Positions 41,602 through 51,936 of a stretch of DNA of 64,000 nucleotides are shown here, piece after piece. Made by a program: the position numbers and the translations under genes. This stretch comes from Promethearchaeota archaeon. GTDB taxonomy: Archaea > Asgardarchaeota > Lokiarchaeia > Sigyniarchaeales > SOKP01. The DNA lies in NCBI GenBank assembly GCA_016839555.1, contig JAEOUA010000012.1, positions 64,001 to 128,000 of the forward strand. The letters run 5' to 3'. The notes under the pieces were generated by a model. It searched no databases. It was given only the letters and a program-made list of their open reading frames with translations, and was not told where the DNA came from. Position 1 is the stretch's first letter. Each line of letters begins with the position of its first letter.

Positions 41602-42078
41602 ATGAAGAGTTTAATTGTATTCTATACTAGGACAGGAAATACAAAAAAAATTGCAGAATTGATAGCTAAAAGCCTTAATGCTGATTTAGATGAAATAATT
41701 GACCCAAAAAAGCGACTCGGAATCTTTGGATTCCTAAAAGCTGGATATGAAGCCACTATGAAAAAACTGACTGAGATCAAAGGAATTGAAAAAGATCCAT
41801 CGGATTATAAGCTTCTTGTTTTAGGTTCGCCAATCTGGAATAAACGAATGACCCCGGCACTCAGAACATATATCACAAGATATAAAGAAAAATTTAGTAA
41901 AATCGCAATATTTTGCTCCGCAGGTGGAAGGGGTGAAGAGCAAATGCTTGATAGTATTGCAGAATTATGTAATAAGAAACCCGTTGCGATGAAGGTATTT
42001 CTTGATAAGGATTTTGAACAGAATTTTGTGGAAAACAAGGTTGAACAATTTGTTAACGCAATTAAATCTAATTTTTAA
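41602..42078 (+). CDS. Flavodoxin-family protein
   Basis: YTRTGNTKKIA FMN-phosphate loop and LGSPIW. Confidence 0.9.
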   Translation: MKSLIVFYTRTGNTKKIAELIAKSLNADLDEIIDPKKRLGIFGFLKAGYEATMKKLTEIKGIEKDPSDYKLLVLGSPIWNKRMTPALRTYITRYKEKFSKIAIFCSAGGRGEEQMLDSIAELCNKKPVAMKVFLDKDFEQNFVENKVEQFVNAIKSNF

Positions 42079-42598
42079 GATTGCGATTCGTGGTTCTTAT
42101 TATATCCCCTTGTTCTAAAAAAGAGATACCACATACAGTATCCAACAATTCTATTCTAATTATCTTATCAGGATTTTCGAGATCAACTGGATTATTTAAA
42201 AGATTTGCGACCGTCTCGATTAGTGCATCTCTCTCAATTAATTTATTTTTTCTTCGTTTTAATGTTATTCTAAAAGAATCTTGTCTCTCAATATAAGTGC
42301 TATAATTTTCTTTTACTATTTTTTTTATTAATTCTAAATCTGTTTCACAAATAAACTGTATTGGCACAATTTTTAAAACATATTTAAAGAAATTAGGATC
42401 TTTCTCTAAAATTTCTTTTATTTTCTTTATGATTTCAAGTTCAGGCAAATTAGTGAAAGCAGTAATCAATCCTTGATATTCTAAATTAGAGATCACTGAA
42501 TATTTGTCTCCGCAGATTAATAGAACAAACCACAACTCCGCTTTTGCATCTGTTTCATTAAATCGCGGTGCCGATACCAGCAAATTAAAATTTTTCAG
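42068..42598 (-). CDS. Stand-alone THUMP-domain protein (Tan1-like), probable CTG start
   Basis: FNLLVS, KIVPI, SFRITLKRR and VDLENPDKIIRIE motifs. The ORF-track TTG start is 42583. Confidence 0.85.
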   Translation of the reverse strand: MKNFNLLVSAPRFNETDAKAELWFVLLICGDKYSVISNLEYQGLITAFTNLPELEIIKKIKEILEKDPNFFKYVLKIVPIQFICETDLELIKKIVKENYSTYIERQDSFRITLKRRKNKLIERDALIETVANLLNNPVDLENPDKIIRIELLDTVCGISFLEQGDIIRTTNRNLKN

Positions 42599-42631
42599 AT
42601 TATATCCCCCTTTTCCAAAATTATTAAATAT

Positions 42632-43291
42632 TCATCCAGACAAGGCTTCATATATTTGTTCTCTGGTAATTTTACCTTCTCTGAGTATATCTATCTCGTG
42701 TTTTGTACAATCTACTATTGTAGTAGGAATTTTTGAGCGCGTCTCTCCGTTGTCTATGATAAAATCAATTGGATTTAAGAATTTTCTAGAAATTTCTTGC
42801 CCATCTGTTGATGGCTCTTCTCCAGCATAATTTGCCGATGTGCCAGCTATTCCTCCAAAATTCCCTTTCTTTTTTAATAAATTTAAAATTTCACGGATAA
42901 TTTCATTTTTTGGAACCCTTAATCCAATAGTCTCTTCGTTAGCACTCACCACAGGTGGAATAATGCATTGAGGTTTTCTTTTCAAAATTAATGATAATTC
43001 TCCAGGCCAGAATTGATCGGCTAACTTTCTGGCAGGATCATTGAATTCCGCAATCTTCTCTGCTTCTTGAATATCATACACGAGTAGTAAAAATCCTTTT
43101 GATGCATCTCTAAACTTGATATTAAATAATCTTTTAACAGCGTTAAGATTAGTTGGATCACATCCAAGTCCATATACAGAATCAGTAGGAAAAGCTATAA
43201 TATTACCATCAATGATGTTTTCTACGGCAATATCTAAAAAAACCTTTATGTCTTCAAGAGCTTTCCCAATTACTTTAACCAGAAATCCCAT
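42632..43291 (-). CDS. Threonylcarbamoyl-AMP synthase (YrdC/TsaC domain only)
   Basis: AFPTDSVYGL, K.R, FWPG.L.LIL, TSAN, PTTIVD and ILREG motifs; no SUA5 C-terminal domain. Confidence 0.92.
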   Translation of the reverse strand: MGFLVKVIGKALEDIKVFLDIAVENIIDGNIIAFPTDSVYGLGCDPTNLNAVKRLFNIKFRDASKGFLLLVYDIQEAEKIAEFNDPARKLADQFWPGELSLILKRKPQCIIPPVVSANEETIGLRVPKNEIIREILNLLKKKGNFGGIAGTSANYAGEEPSTDGQEISRKFLNPIDFIIDNGETRSKIPTTIVDCTKHEIDILREGKITREQIYEALSG

Positions 43292-43390
43292 TTCTAATTT
43301 TTATAATTCAATAAATCCAAAATAGTTAATTATCTAAAAGAAAGTATATTTTAATGACGCTTTTAAAATAATAATAAAATTTTAAAAATC

Positions 43391-44317
43391 TTATTGACAC
43401 CTAAGCTCGTTTTCAAGAGTTCTCCATTGTTTATCAATACGGTCTTGTAGTTCTATGAGTGCTTTCTCTGAAAGAGTAGAAAATCTTTTTTGAGTTTGGA
43501 CATAATCCATTAAAGGTAATCTTTTCTCTGGATCCAATAATCTCTTGCTTGCTTTTGAAAGAGTTTTCTTCCCATTCTCCACTTCATAAAGAATCCAAAA
43601 TCCACTTTTTACAGCCAATCTTGCAATCTCCACCGTATCTTCTGCCGGAAAGCCCCATCCAGGCGGGCAAGGTGCTAAAATATGAATATATCGACATCCC
43701 TTAATATTTTTTGCTTTTTTGAATTTCTCATATAGATCTAAGGGCTCTGAAATGCTACAAGTTGCCACATAGGGAATGTCATGCGCCTCCATTATACGTG
43801 GGACATCCTTTTTATACCTCTGTTTACCAAAGGGAGTGGTAGTTGTTTTTGCACCATGGGGTGTTGAACTGCTTCTCTGGATGCCGGTATTCATATACGC
43901 TTCATTATCATAACACACATAAAGTATATCTGAGTTTCGTTCAGCAGCACCGCTTAGTCCTTGTATTCCTATATCGGTAGTCCCTCCATCACCCGCGAAT
44001 ACTAAAGCTGTCATTTCATCCCATTTTCCCTCAGGAAATCGAAATGCTTTTGCCTTAAATGCGGCATCAAAGCCAGTAGCTGCTGCAGCGCCCGCTGCAA
44101 ATGCCATGTTAATAAATGGAAACTCTGGTGCTGTTTTTGGCCAAAGCCCCACAACTACATTCAAACAGGACGCAGGAGCGACTAAAGCGGTCTTGGGTCC
44201 TAAGGCTTTCATTGCCCAGCGAAGGGCTATTTCCAGACCACATCCCGCACAGCATGAATTTCCTGGAAGAAAATACTCTTCAGTTGCTTCCTCTAAAGCT
44301 TGTTTAAGACTAACCAT
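43391..44317 (-). CDS. porB: 2-oxoacid:ferredoxin oxidoreductase beta subunit
   Basis: CAGCG, TPP motif GDGG...YDNEAYMNTG, and APCPPGW. Substrate (pyruvate or 2-oxoisovalerate) is not determinable. Confidence 0.92.
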   Translation of the reverse strand: MVSLKQALEEATEEYFLPGNSCCAGCGLEIALRWAMKALGPKTALVAPASCLNVVVGLWPKTAPEFPFINMAFAAGAAAATGFDAAFKAKAFRFPEGKWDEMTALVFAGDGGTTDIGIQGLSGAAERNSDILYVCYDNEAYMNTGIQRSSSTPHGAKTTTTPFGKQRYKKDVPRIMEAHDIPYVATCSISEPLDLYEKFKKAKNIKGCRYIHILAPCPPGWGFPAEDTVEIARLAVKSGFWILYEVENGKKTLSKASKRLLDPEKRLPLMDYVQTQKRFSTLSEKALIELQDRIDKQWRTLENELRCQ

Positions 44318-45577
44318 TTATTTCACCTCTAATTTTCCATGCCAGAGAGTTCCATGAATTAAATCTTTTGGAAGCTCTCCAGTTTCATGCATTTTTACTA
44401 ATGTTTTTAATTGATCTTTTTGCTCTTCTAAACTCACTTCTCTTCCACCTAATCCTGAAATGATTGGCAATACTTGCGTTTTTATGCCCGTATTATAGAG
44501 GGAGGTCTTCACTTCACTGCTGACCGGACCACCTGTTGGTGAACCAAACGCTGTTGCGCGATCCACTACTCCTAAAACTTTTACCTTTTTTGCAGCTTTT
44601 CTTATATCTTCAACCGGAAACGGTCTAAAATGTCTCAATTTAAGCATTCCCACTTTATATCCTTCCTCTCTCAATTCATCTACTGCTTGCTCCATTTGTA
44701 ATGCTAAATCGCCATAAATAATAATACCAGCATCCGCATCATCTAAATGATATTCTTGAACTAATCCATTCCCGTAATTTCTCCCAAATTTTTTTTCAAA
44801 CTCTTTCGTCGCTTCCTTAATCTTTTCTTGGGCTTTCATCATCGCATCATGAATTTTTAATCGAAATTCGCTATAAAATCCAGATGGCATAATCAAATTT
44901 CCATGCATCATAGGTCTATCTGGATCAATGAAAATGTGAGGCCAGCCTTTTTCATCTGGTAAAGGTGGTAAATATTCGTCGACAATATCTTGATCTTCTA
45001 TGATAACTGGTTTAGAGGTATGTGATAGGATAAATCCACCATACGCAACAAATTTTGGTAAGAGAACATCATAATCTTCACAAACCTTATACGACATTAA
45101 AATTTCATCGTATATCTCTTGATGACTTGCCACGAAGGAACTTAACCATCCTGTATCTCTGGCCGCTATTACATCGGTGAAATCAGCCCAGATATTCCAT
45201 GGAGGCGCTACTCCGCGACTTACAATAGCTGTAACTATAGGTAGCCTACTAGAGCTCGCCCAATGAATCATTTCATACATGTAGAAAAGTCCCTGCCCCG
45301 CTGTTGCAGTAAATGTGCGTGTTCCTGCAATACTGGCTCCTACAATTGAAGCCATTACGGAGTGTTCACTCTCTACTTTAATATATTGAGTGCCTGGCAT
45401 TAATCCTCCATCGACGAATTCTGACAACTTTTCAACAACCGTAGTTTGGGGGGTAATAGGATAAGCACTAATGACTTGCACTCTAGCTGACTTAGCCGCA
45501 TAGGCTGTAGCTACATTTCCTTTTACAACTTTAATTTCCCTGTTTTGAATAAAATTTTTATGTTTCGCTTCAGTCAT
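44318..45577 (-). CDS. porA: 2-oxoacid:ferredoxin oxidoreductase alpha subunit
   Basis: AYPITPQT, VESEHS, RPFP and GLGGR motifs; ATG 45577 overlaps the delta-subunit stop. Confidence 0.92.
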   Translation of the reverse strand: MTEAKHKNFIQNREIKVVKGNVATAYAAKSARVQVISAYPITPQTTVVEKLSEFVDGGLMPGTQYIKVESEHSVMASIVGASIAGTRTFTATAGQGLFYMYEMIHWASSSRLPIVTAIVSRGVAPPWNIWADFTDVIAARDTGWLSSFVASHQEIYDEILMSYKVCEDYDVLLPKFVAYGGFILSHTSKPVIIEDQDIVDEYLPPLPDEKGWPHIFIDPDRPMMHGNLIMPSGFYSEFRLKIHDAMMKAQEKIKEATKEFEKKFGRNYGNGLVQEYHLDDADAGIIIYGDLALQMEQAVDELREEGYKVGMLKLRHFRPFPVEDIRKAAKKVKVLGVVDRATAFGSPTGGPVSSEVKTSLYNTGIKTQVLPIISGLGGREVSLEEQKDQLKTLVKMHETGELPKDLIHGTLWHGKLEVK

Positions 45578-45923
45578 CTTCTGCTTCACTCTCCCGAATC
45601 ATTTTAATATTGTTTGTCGGGCATTCTCTAGCGCAGATTCCACAGCCTTTACAATATATATAGTCTATTTCAAAGCTGCCATCCTCTTTTTTGCTAATAA
45701 TACCCTCTGGACAATATAACCAGCAAATCCCACATTTGTTACACCCTTCTAAAATTACAGGTCTGAACGTTCGCCAATCTCCCGTTATTCCTATACTCGC
45801 TTTTATTGGTAAAGAGATAGGAATTGGAGGCAGCTCTTTCCAATTTTTATATTCTTGAATTTCAGGCCTTTCTTCTCTGGATTTATTAATTTTTTTCCAT
45901 TTTTCTGTTTCTGATTTGCTCAT
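45570..45923 (-). CDS. porD: 2-oxoacid:ferredoxin oxidoreductase delta subunit
   Basis: TGDWRTFRP and two CxxCxxCxxxCP motifs. Confidence 0.93.
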   Translation of the reverse strand: MSKSETEKWKKINKSREERPEIQEYKNWKELPPIPISLPIKASIGITGDWRTFRPVILEGCNKCGICWLYCPEGIISKKEDGSFEIDYIYCKGCGICARECPTNNIKMIRESEAEDD

Positions 45924-46501
45924 TATTTAACCTCCTTAACTGAGTTAAAAGCCTCCTTGGCAACTTTCATGTTTAAAGTAGTTCGACTCTCCCCAAACTC
46001 TTTCATTAAGACTTTTTTCATGGTTTCAAGATCATAAAATCCCGTAATTTTGCCAAAAGCAGCTAACATAGGAACGTTTAATATCGGTCCGCTTGAAATC
46101 ATAAACTTATGTTCAATACATATTCCGGTGGCATCCACCATATATATCTTTAAATTTTCTGGTAATCCTTGTGTATCAATAGGTTTGTCGGTATTCACGA
46201 TTAATATTGTTCCTTCTTTTATACTCTCTCTTATTCTTGGAATCTCCAATAAGGTTGTATCAAAAATGAATTGATAATCTGGATGAGACACACTTTCATA
46301 TGCTTTTATTTGTTTTTCTTTTGAGATTTTAGTAAAGGCACTGATGGGGGCACCTCTACGTTCTGCTCCTATAATAGGAATAGCAAACACGTCAGTGAAT
46401 CCATTCTCAAAAGCAAATTTAGCCAAAAGCTGACTCGCGGTAACTGCTGTCTGTCCTCCGCGTCCAGCAAATGAAATCTCAATTATTCCGTTCGCCATCA
46501 A
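45923..46501 (-). CDS. porG: 2-oxoacid:ferredoxin oxidoreductase gamma subunit
   Basis: GRGGQ, GAERRGAP and N..MLAA motifs. Confidence 0.92.
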   Translation of the reverse strand: MMANGIIEISFAGRGGQTAVTASQLLAKFAFENGFTDVFAIPIIGAERRGAPISAFTKISKEKQIKAYESVSHPDYQFIFDTTLLEIPRIRESIKEGTILIVNTDKPIDTQGLPENLKIYMVDATGICIEHKFMISSGPILNVPMLAAFGKITGFYDLETMKKVLMKEFGESRTTLNMKVAKEAFNSVKEVK

Positions 46502-46548
46502 TTTTTTCCAACTTTTTCTTTTTGATTTTTAATAATATTTATTTAATC

Positions 46549-46596
46549 AATACAACCAAGAAAAAAAGTTCAAACCAAGATTTTTTTGGTTGTATT
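46549..46596 (-). promoter_or_regulatory. Alternative-hairpin element with U7 tract (candidate attenuator)
   Basis: Minus strand AATACAACCAA-AAAAATC-TTGGTT-TGAAC-TTTTTTT-C-TTGGTTGTATT: a perfect 11-bp inverted repeat plus a competing internal TTGGTT. Confidence 0.5.
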
Positions 46597-46699
46597 ATAA
46601 AATTGAAATAATTACTACTACTTGTAGTAATAAAATTACAATACCTAATAATAATAAGTTTAGAACTGGTGCTGCATTATTATAGTCCATAGAAATCAT
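46595..46699 (-). CDS. 34-aa Leu/Val/Ile-rich small ORF (leader peptide or single-TM microprotein)
   Basis: Translated by hand as MISMDYNNAAPVLNLLLLGIVILLLQVVVIISIL*; below the ORF-track cutoff. Confidence 0.55.
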   Translation of the reverse strand: MISMDYNNAAPVLNLLLLGIVILLLQVVVIISIL

Positions 46700-46904
46700 A
46701 GTGTTCTAACCTTTAATTATTATTATATTATCTATTTTTAAGTGGTAAATTTTTTTTTAATTAAAAATTTTTTGATTAGATATGAAAAATTAAAGATAAT
46801 GATCAATTACCTATCTTAATCTGAAATGAATGTTATATTTTCTATAAAGATTTTTAAGATTTAATAGTAATTAATAATAAAAGTTTAAATCCCCTATAAA
46901 GTCA

Positions 46905-47432
46905 ATGAACACCTTACGCTGTCCCAAATGTAAAGAGGGAATAATAGAGATTTCCAAAACGATATATAATCTCCCGGATAATGACAAAATGCTTTTAATA
47001 AAATTAGAATGCAACAAGTGCGATTTTATTAATAAAGATATTATCCCAATAACAACTCGAACCGAACCGGGTATCTCACAATTAAAAATAACTAATGAAA
47101 AAGACCTTATATCTAAAGTGTATCGATCCCCCACAGCAAAAATAGAGATTCCTGAATTAGAACTAGAAGCTGAACCTGGCCCAGCAGCCCCTTTTTATTT
47201 CACCAATATTGAGGGAATATTAAATAGGTTTGAAAAAGCAGTAATTTCATATAAAAATGCATTAGTAGCAGATCAACTTGAAACTAAAGATATTGATGTA
47301 ATCCTTGAAAATATAAAAAAAGCGTATGATGGAAATTTTTCTTTTACCTTGAAAATTATCGACCAAAGTGGAGGAAGTTATATAATCCCGGAAGATAAAT
47401 CAAAATACAGTTTTATAAAACTTCACTCATAA
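46905..47432 (+). CDS. ZPR1 zinc-finger protein
   Basis: CPKC...CNKC, VYRSPTA.I.IPEL, TNIEGIL and D.SG.SYI motifs. Confidence 0.9.
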   Translation: MNTLRCPKCKEGIIEISKTIYNLPDNDKMLLIKLECNKCDFINKDIIPITTRTEPGISQLKITNEKDLISKVYRSPTAKIEIPELELEAEPGPAAPFYFTNIEGILNRFEKAVISYKNALVADQLETKDIDVILENIKKAYDGNFSFTLKIIDQSGGSYIIPEDKSKYSFIKLHS

Positions 47433-47542
47433 TTTCTTACGAATGATTATAAGTTGTTATTTTCAACAATAATAAGTGTTAGGAATTATATAAAAGTAAA
47501 ACTCTTCTAAGAATGTAGTAAATTATTAATAAGTGATAAAAT

Positions 47543-48382
47543 ATGTATAAATATGGCGTAAATCTATTATTATGGACAAGTTATTTTACTCAAAATAATT
47601 TAAATTTGTTTCCTCTCGTAAAAAGTTTAGGTTTAAATGTAGTAGAGATACCCTTGTTTAGTCCCGAAAAATTTCCTACAAAAAAAGTAAAAAAGGAGCT
47701 CGAAAAATATGATTTAGAAGCATGCGGGTGTTATGGATGTTCTGCTGATGCTGATATTGCTTCTCTTGATGAAGATGTTCGAAAAAGAGGCATTGAAAGG
47801 TTTAAATTGGCCATTGATAAAGCTCATATGATCGGTGCTAAAAAAATCGGAGGTGTATTATATAAAGCAGGGGGCATCTTTACAGGATCCGCACCAAGTA
47901 ATGAGGAATGGACTTCTTCTGTCAATTCAATGAAAGAAATTGCAAAGTATGCTTCTCAATATGATATTTCAATCTGTATTGAACCGGTTAATCGCTATGA
48001 AACTTATTTTATCAATACAGCAGAGGATGCGGTAAAATATTGTAAAGATGTAGGCGAGCCTAATATCTCAGTATTATTAGATACACATCATATGAATATA
48101 GAAGAATCTAACTTTAATGATCCAATTATAAACACCGATCATTATTTGGGACATTTTCATGCTTCTGAAAATAATCGTGGAATACCAGGCACAGGTCTCG
48201 TAGATTGGGTTCAAGTCTATAAGGCATTAAAACAAATTAAATATAAAGGAAGAGTGATAATAGAATCGTTTTATCTTGGTTTTGGAAATATCTGGAAGAA
48301 AGTTGCAAAATCACCCAAGATTTTGTTGACACAAGGATTGAAATTTCTTAAAAGCGTTGAGCAAGAAGTATTTCAAGAATAA
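47543..48382 (+). CDS. Sugar epimerase, D-psicose/D-tagatose 3-epimerase family
   Basis: EPVNRYE, LDTHHMNIEE, HFHASENNRGIPGTG and IESF motifs. Confidence 0.85.
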   Translation: MYKYGVNLLLWTSYFTQNNLNLFPLVKSLGLNVVEIPLFSPEKFPTKKVKKELEKYDLEACGCYGCSADADIASLDEDVRKRGIERFKLAIDKAHMIGAKKIGGVLYKAGGIFTGSAPSNEEWTSSVNSMKEIAKYASQYDISICIEPVNRYETYFINTAEDAVKYCKDVGEPNISVLLDTHHMNIEESNFNDPIINTDHYLGHFHASENNRGIPGTGLVDWVQVYKALKQIKYKGRVIIESFYLGFGNIWKKVAKSPKILLTQGLKFLKSVEQEVFQE

Positions 48383-48632
48383 TTTTTAATTCTTAATTTC
48401 TGGTTAAAGTTTTTTAGAATTCAAATCTATAATAATTATAAAAGAGATTTATACTAAAATATAATATATTTTAATGTGAGTTGAATTATGAAATGGCGAA
48501 AAGAATGAATATTGGGATACTAAAATTCTTTATTTAGTTTAAATTTCTCCGTTTTCCCAAACATTTATTTAAAAGTTTTTTATTGCATGGTTAAAAATGT
48601 ATTTGATTAAAACCCAAAAAATAAAAGGAAAA

Positions 48633-49808
48633 TTATTTTTTAGATAAATATCGAATCTTGACCAACAATTCTCTCAGTTCCATTAAATCCTTATCCTCAT
48701 CAACATAACTTTTTTTAACTCCTTCTGAAAAAGGAAGATGCTTTATTTCTTTTCCCCTCAAAGAAACCATTTCACCAAAATTACCATTTAATACTAGATT
48801 CACAGCAGCGAGTCCAAAACGTAATCCTAAAATTCTATCAAAAGCATTTGGCGTTCCGGCTCTCATAGTATGTCCAAGTACAACACTTCTTATCTCAAGC
48901 TCCGTATCATTCTTCCTAAATTCTTCTTTTAAATCCATCCTGGATCTCAATTCCTCAACTAACAATTCTGAAATATTTAAATAGTTGAGTTTTGGGTTTC
49001 CAAATGGATCTTTTGGTAAATTATCAAGAGTTTCTTGAGAGATAGTAGTTAATTGGTTTTCTAATGAATTTTTAGAAGGATAAGCTCCTTCAGCACACGC
49101 AATTATATGATACTTATAACCTGCATTAACTCTTTCCTTAAGAACGTTAACAATATCTTTATTAAAATCGAATGCTTTTTCAGGAATTAATATAATATCA
49201 GCTCCCGCGGATAATCCACTGTATAAAGTTAAAAAGCCTGTATCTCTTCCAAAAATTTCTACAATAAACACTCTCTGGTGCGAACGAGCAGTAGTGGTTA
49301 AGTTATCTAAAATATTGGAAGCTAATTGAGTCCCACTCCAAAAACCAAAAGTGTAATCTGTTCCCTTAATATCGTTATCAATCGTCTTGGGGCAGCCCAC
49401 AACCTTAGCATTAGTATGTTTAAATAAGGTGGCTGCAACCCCTAAGGTATCATCCCCTCCAATTGCTATGAGCGCATCTATTCCCAGCTCTTCGAACTTT
49501 TGATGCATGGTTTGAGCTATTTCTTTCTCTTTTTCTTCTTTTTCCCTTTCGTTTTCTATTCCAAGGGTAGCCTTAAAAGGATTTGTTCTACTCGTATATA
49601 ATAGGGTCCCTCCTTTTGTGTGTAAATCATCTTGTTCAGCGATATTTAAGGGAATAGTGAGACTTTCCATGAATCCTTTCCATCCTTTCTCGATTCCCAC
49701 GCATTCAATATTTGAATCATAGGCTTTCAACATTGTGCCATATATGACTCCATTAAGGCCTGGAGCATCACCTCCGCCCGTTAATATACCAATTTTTTTA
49801 ATTGTCAT
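48633..49808 (-). CDS. pfp: 6-phosphofructokinase, probably PPi-dependent
   Basis: TGGGDAPGLN, GGDDT (Asp) and PKTIDND (Lys) indicate PPi specificity. Confidence 0.88.
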   Translation of the reverse strand: MTIKKIGILTGGGDAPGLNGVIYGTMLKAYDSNIECVGIEKGWKGFMESLTIPLNIAEQDDLHTKGGTLLYTSRTNPFKATLGIENEREKEEKEKEIAQTMHQKFEELGIDALIAIGGDDTLGVAATLFKHTNAKVVGCPKTIDNDIKGTDYTFGFWSGTQLASNILDNLTTTARSHQRVFIVEIFGRDTGFLTLYSGLSAGADIILIPEKAFDFNKDIVNVLKERVNAGYKYHIIACAEGAYPSKNSLENQLTTISQETLDNLPKDPFGNPKLNYLNISELLVEELRSRMDLKEEFRKNDTELEIRSVVLGHTMRAGTPNAFDRILGLRFGLAAVNLVLNGNFGEMVSLRGKEIKHLPFSEGVKKSYVDEDKDLMELRELLVKIRYLSKK

Positions 49809-50159
49809 ACAATCATTTGAGTTTTCTAATTATAATTGAATTATTTTACATTCGTAGAATATGCTTATTATTATAAAAATTTGTGTATTAATTCATAAAA
49901 AAGAGCCATAAAATAAGCTATTCTTCTTTTGTTTTATCTTATTTTTTCAATCTATAATAATAAAGATTCGTCAAATCCATTTTTACTACCTTCTGGAGCT
50001 ACTAATTCCAGAACCAATTCATTTCTTTCATCAAATTATTTGAAATATATTTAAATATAAATTAATCATTAAATAGAATCATATTTCATTCTATAAATTA
50101 GCAGTAATTGATATATAAAAATATTAAAGAAAATAAAAAATAATATTAATTATATCTAT

Positions 50160-51398
50160 TTACCCGTAATGTTTTTCATCTTCTGCTTCTGAGTCAATGG
50201 CATCTTGTTCCACATCTCTACCTAGCCATTTTTCGCTTAGAATTTCATTATAATATTCATGCTGGATGATTAATGACATTATTTCATTAGTACCCGTCCA
50301 TATCATACTTAATCTACCATCTCTTAAAAGACGTTCAATAGGATATACTGTGGTATAACCAATTCCTGCCATAATCTGCATAGCATTATTAATAACTTTC
50401 CAACAAGCTTCTGTAGAGAATTTTTTAGATTCAGATACCAATCTTCTCTGAATGTTAGGAGGAGCTCCTTTATCAATTGCTGTTGCGGTATTATAGACTT
50501 GTGATCTCGCAGCATCTAAAAGAGTAATGCTTTCTGCTATATTAAAGCTCACGGCTTCAAATTTTTTGATAATTCTACCAAAAGCCTTTCTTTTTGCGCT
50601 GTATTTTGTTGCAATTCTTAAACAAGCTCTTGCTGTTCCTAAGACCCCTGCTGCGGTCGTCATTCGTTCTGGCACCATCATCTGGTAGAAAATTTTGCCT
50701 CCATCTCCCTCATTTCCTATCATATTTTCCGCAGGAACCTTTACATTGGAAAATTTCAGCCTTCCTGCACCACCCCCACGAGTTCCCATTAATCCATATA
50801 TGTATTCGGTACTTACATTATCATCCTTATCAACAATAAATAAGCTGATTGATTCATGAGATCTGGCTTCTGGATCTGTTTTGGCATACACTAAAAAGAA
50901 ATCGGCTCCCTCTGCTCCGACCACAAATCGCTTTTCTCCATTTAAGATATAATAATCCCCTTCTCTAACTGCAGTAGTGGTTGCACCAAAGAAATCAGAT
51001 CCTCCACGTGGTTCTGTTAAGGCCTCTGCTGTATATAACTCCCCCTTTAACATGGGAACGAGATACTTCTGCTTTTGCTCCTCTGAACCAAACATGTTTA
51101 ACGCCTCTCCACATATGCTTACCAGAGAATAGAGACAGCCGAGCGACATTCCTAATACTCCAATTTCTTCTAAAGCTACTACTTCACTTCGCCAATTTAA
51201 GCCTCTTCCACCATATTCTTTTGGAAATCTCAATCCAATAAGATTGTATTGACCAAGCTTTTGCAAATATTCTGTTGGATACTGAATTTCATCCTTGTCC
51301 ATTTGTTTTAAAAGAGAATGAGGCACTTCATCTCTTACAAATGCTCTCGTCTCTTTCATTATTTGCTTTTCGGTCTCACTACTAATATACTCAAACAT
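50160..51398 (-). CDS. Acyl-CoA dehydrogenase
   Basis: [27 protein letters not shown]...YPIER and IWTGTNEI motifs. Confidence 0.93.
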   Translation of the reverse strand: MFEYISSETEKQIMKETRAFVRDEVPHSLLKQMDKDEIQYPTEYLQKLGQYNLIGLRFPKEYGGRGLNWRSEVVALEEIGVLGMSLGCLYSLVSICGEALNMFGSEEQKQKYLVPMLKGELYTAEALTEPRGGSDFFGATTTAVREGDYYILNGEKRFVVGAEGADFFLVYAKTDPEARSHESISLFIVDKDDNVSTEYIYGLMGTRGGGAGRLKFSNVKVPAENMIGNEGDGGKIFYQMMVPERMTTAAGVLGTARACLRIATKYSAKRKAFGRIIKKFEAVSFNIAESITLLDAARSQVYNTATAIDKGAPPNIQRRLVSESKKFSTEACWKVINNAMQIMAGIGYTTVYPIERLLRDGRLSMIWTGTNEIMSLIIQHEYYNEILSEKWLGRDVEQDAIDSEAEDEKHYG

Positions 51399-51649
51399 AT
51401 CTAATATTCCTCAAAAATCTTGATAGTTTTTAATATTAATATAATTTATTCGAAAAATTGAGTTATTACTTTAACAATATATAGTCCTTTTGCTAAAATA
51501 AGTTTTCTTAGAATATAGAATCTTTTTCGAATAATTTAATATTCAATAGGATTTAATGATAAATAAATCATCGTGAAATTTCTGTTTCACGAATTATTAG
51601 CTATATTATGATAATATAATAAATTAATACAATTATTTAATAGAAAAAG

Positions 51650-51723
51650 TGGGAGAGACGGGATTCGAACCCGCGACCTCTCAGCCCCCAGCCGAGAATC
51701 ATACCAAGCTAGACTACCCTCCC
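51650..51723 (-). tRNA. tRNA-Pro(GGG), intronless
   Basis: GGGAGGG/CTCTCCC, CTCGG-CT-GGG-GG-CTGAG and GCGGG-TTCGAAT-CCCGT. Confidence 0.93.
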
Positions 51724-51936
51724 ACAGAATTGATAGGGATAGGACATCTGTTAATGAAAATTTACCGTAGCAAATAAAATTTGTTAATAAGATGGATAAT
51801 TAATCAAGCCTTAACTTTGTCAAAAAAAAATTTCTTTTCTATATTTCTATTTCAATTGATTTTATATTTCTAACTCATAATTTTTATATTATTTATTATG
51901 TTTTATTTCTTAAATACGGAAGAGTAAAGCTATATA

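Noticed and set aside
42584-42634. TGA of the YrdC gene is in frame with the THUMP gene (possible Sec or readthrough fusion)
   Set aside because: YrdC ends at its normal C-terminus, the position is not a conserved Cys, no SECIS is recognisable, and THUMP has its own SD-like sequence.
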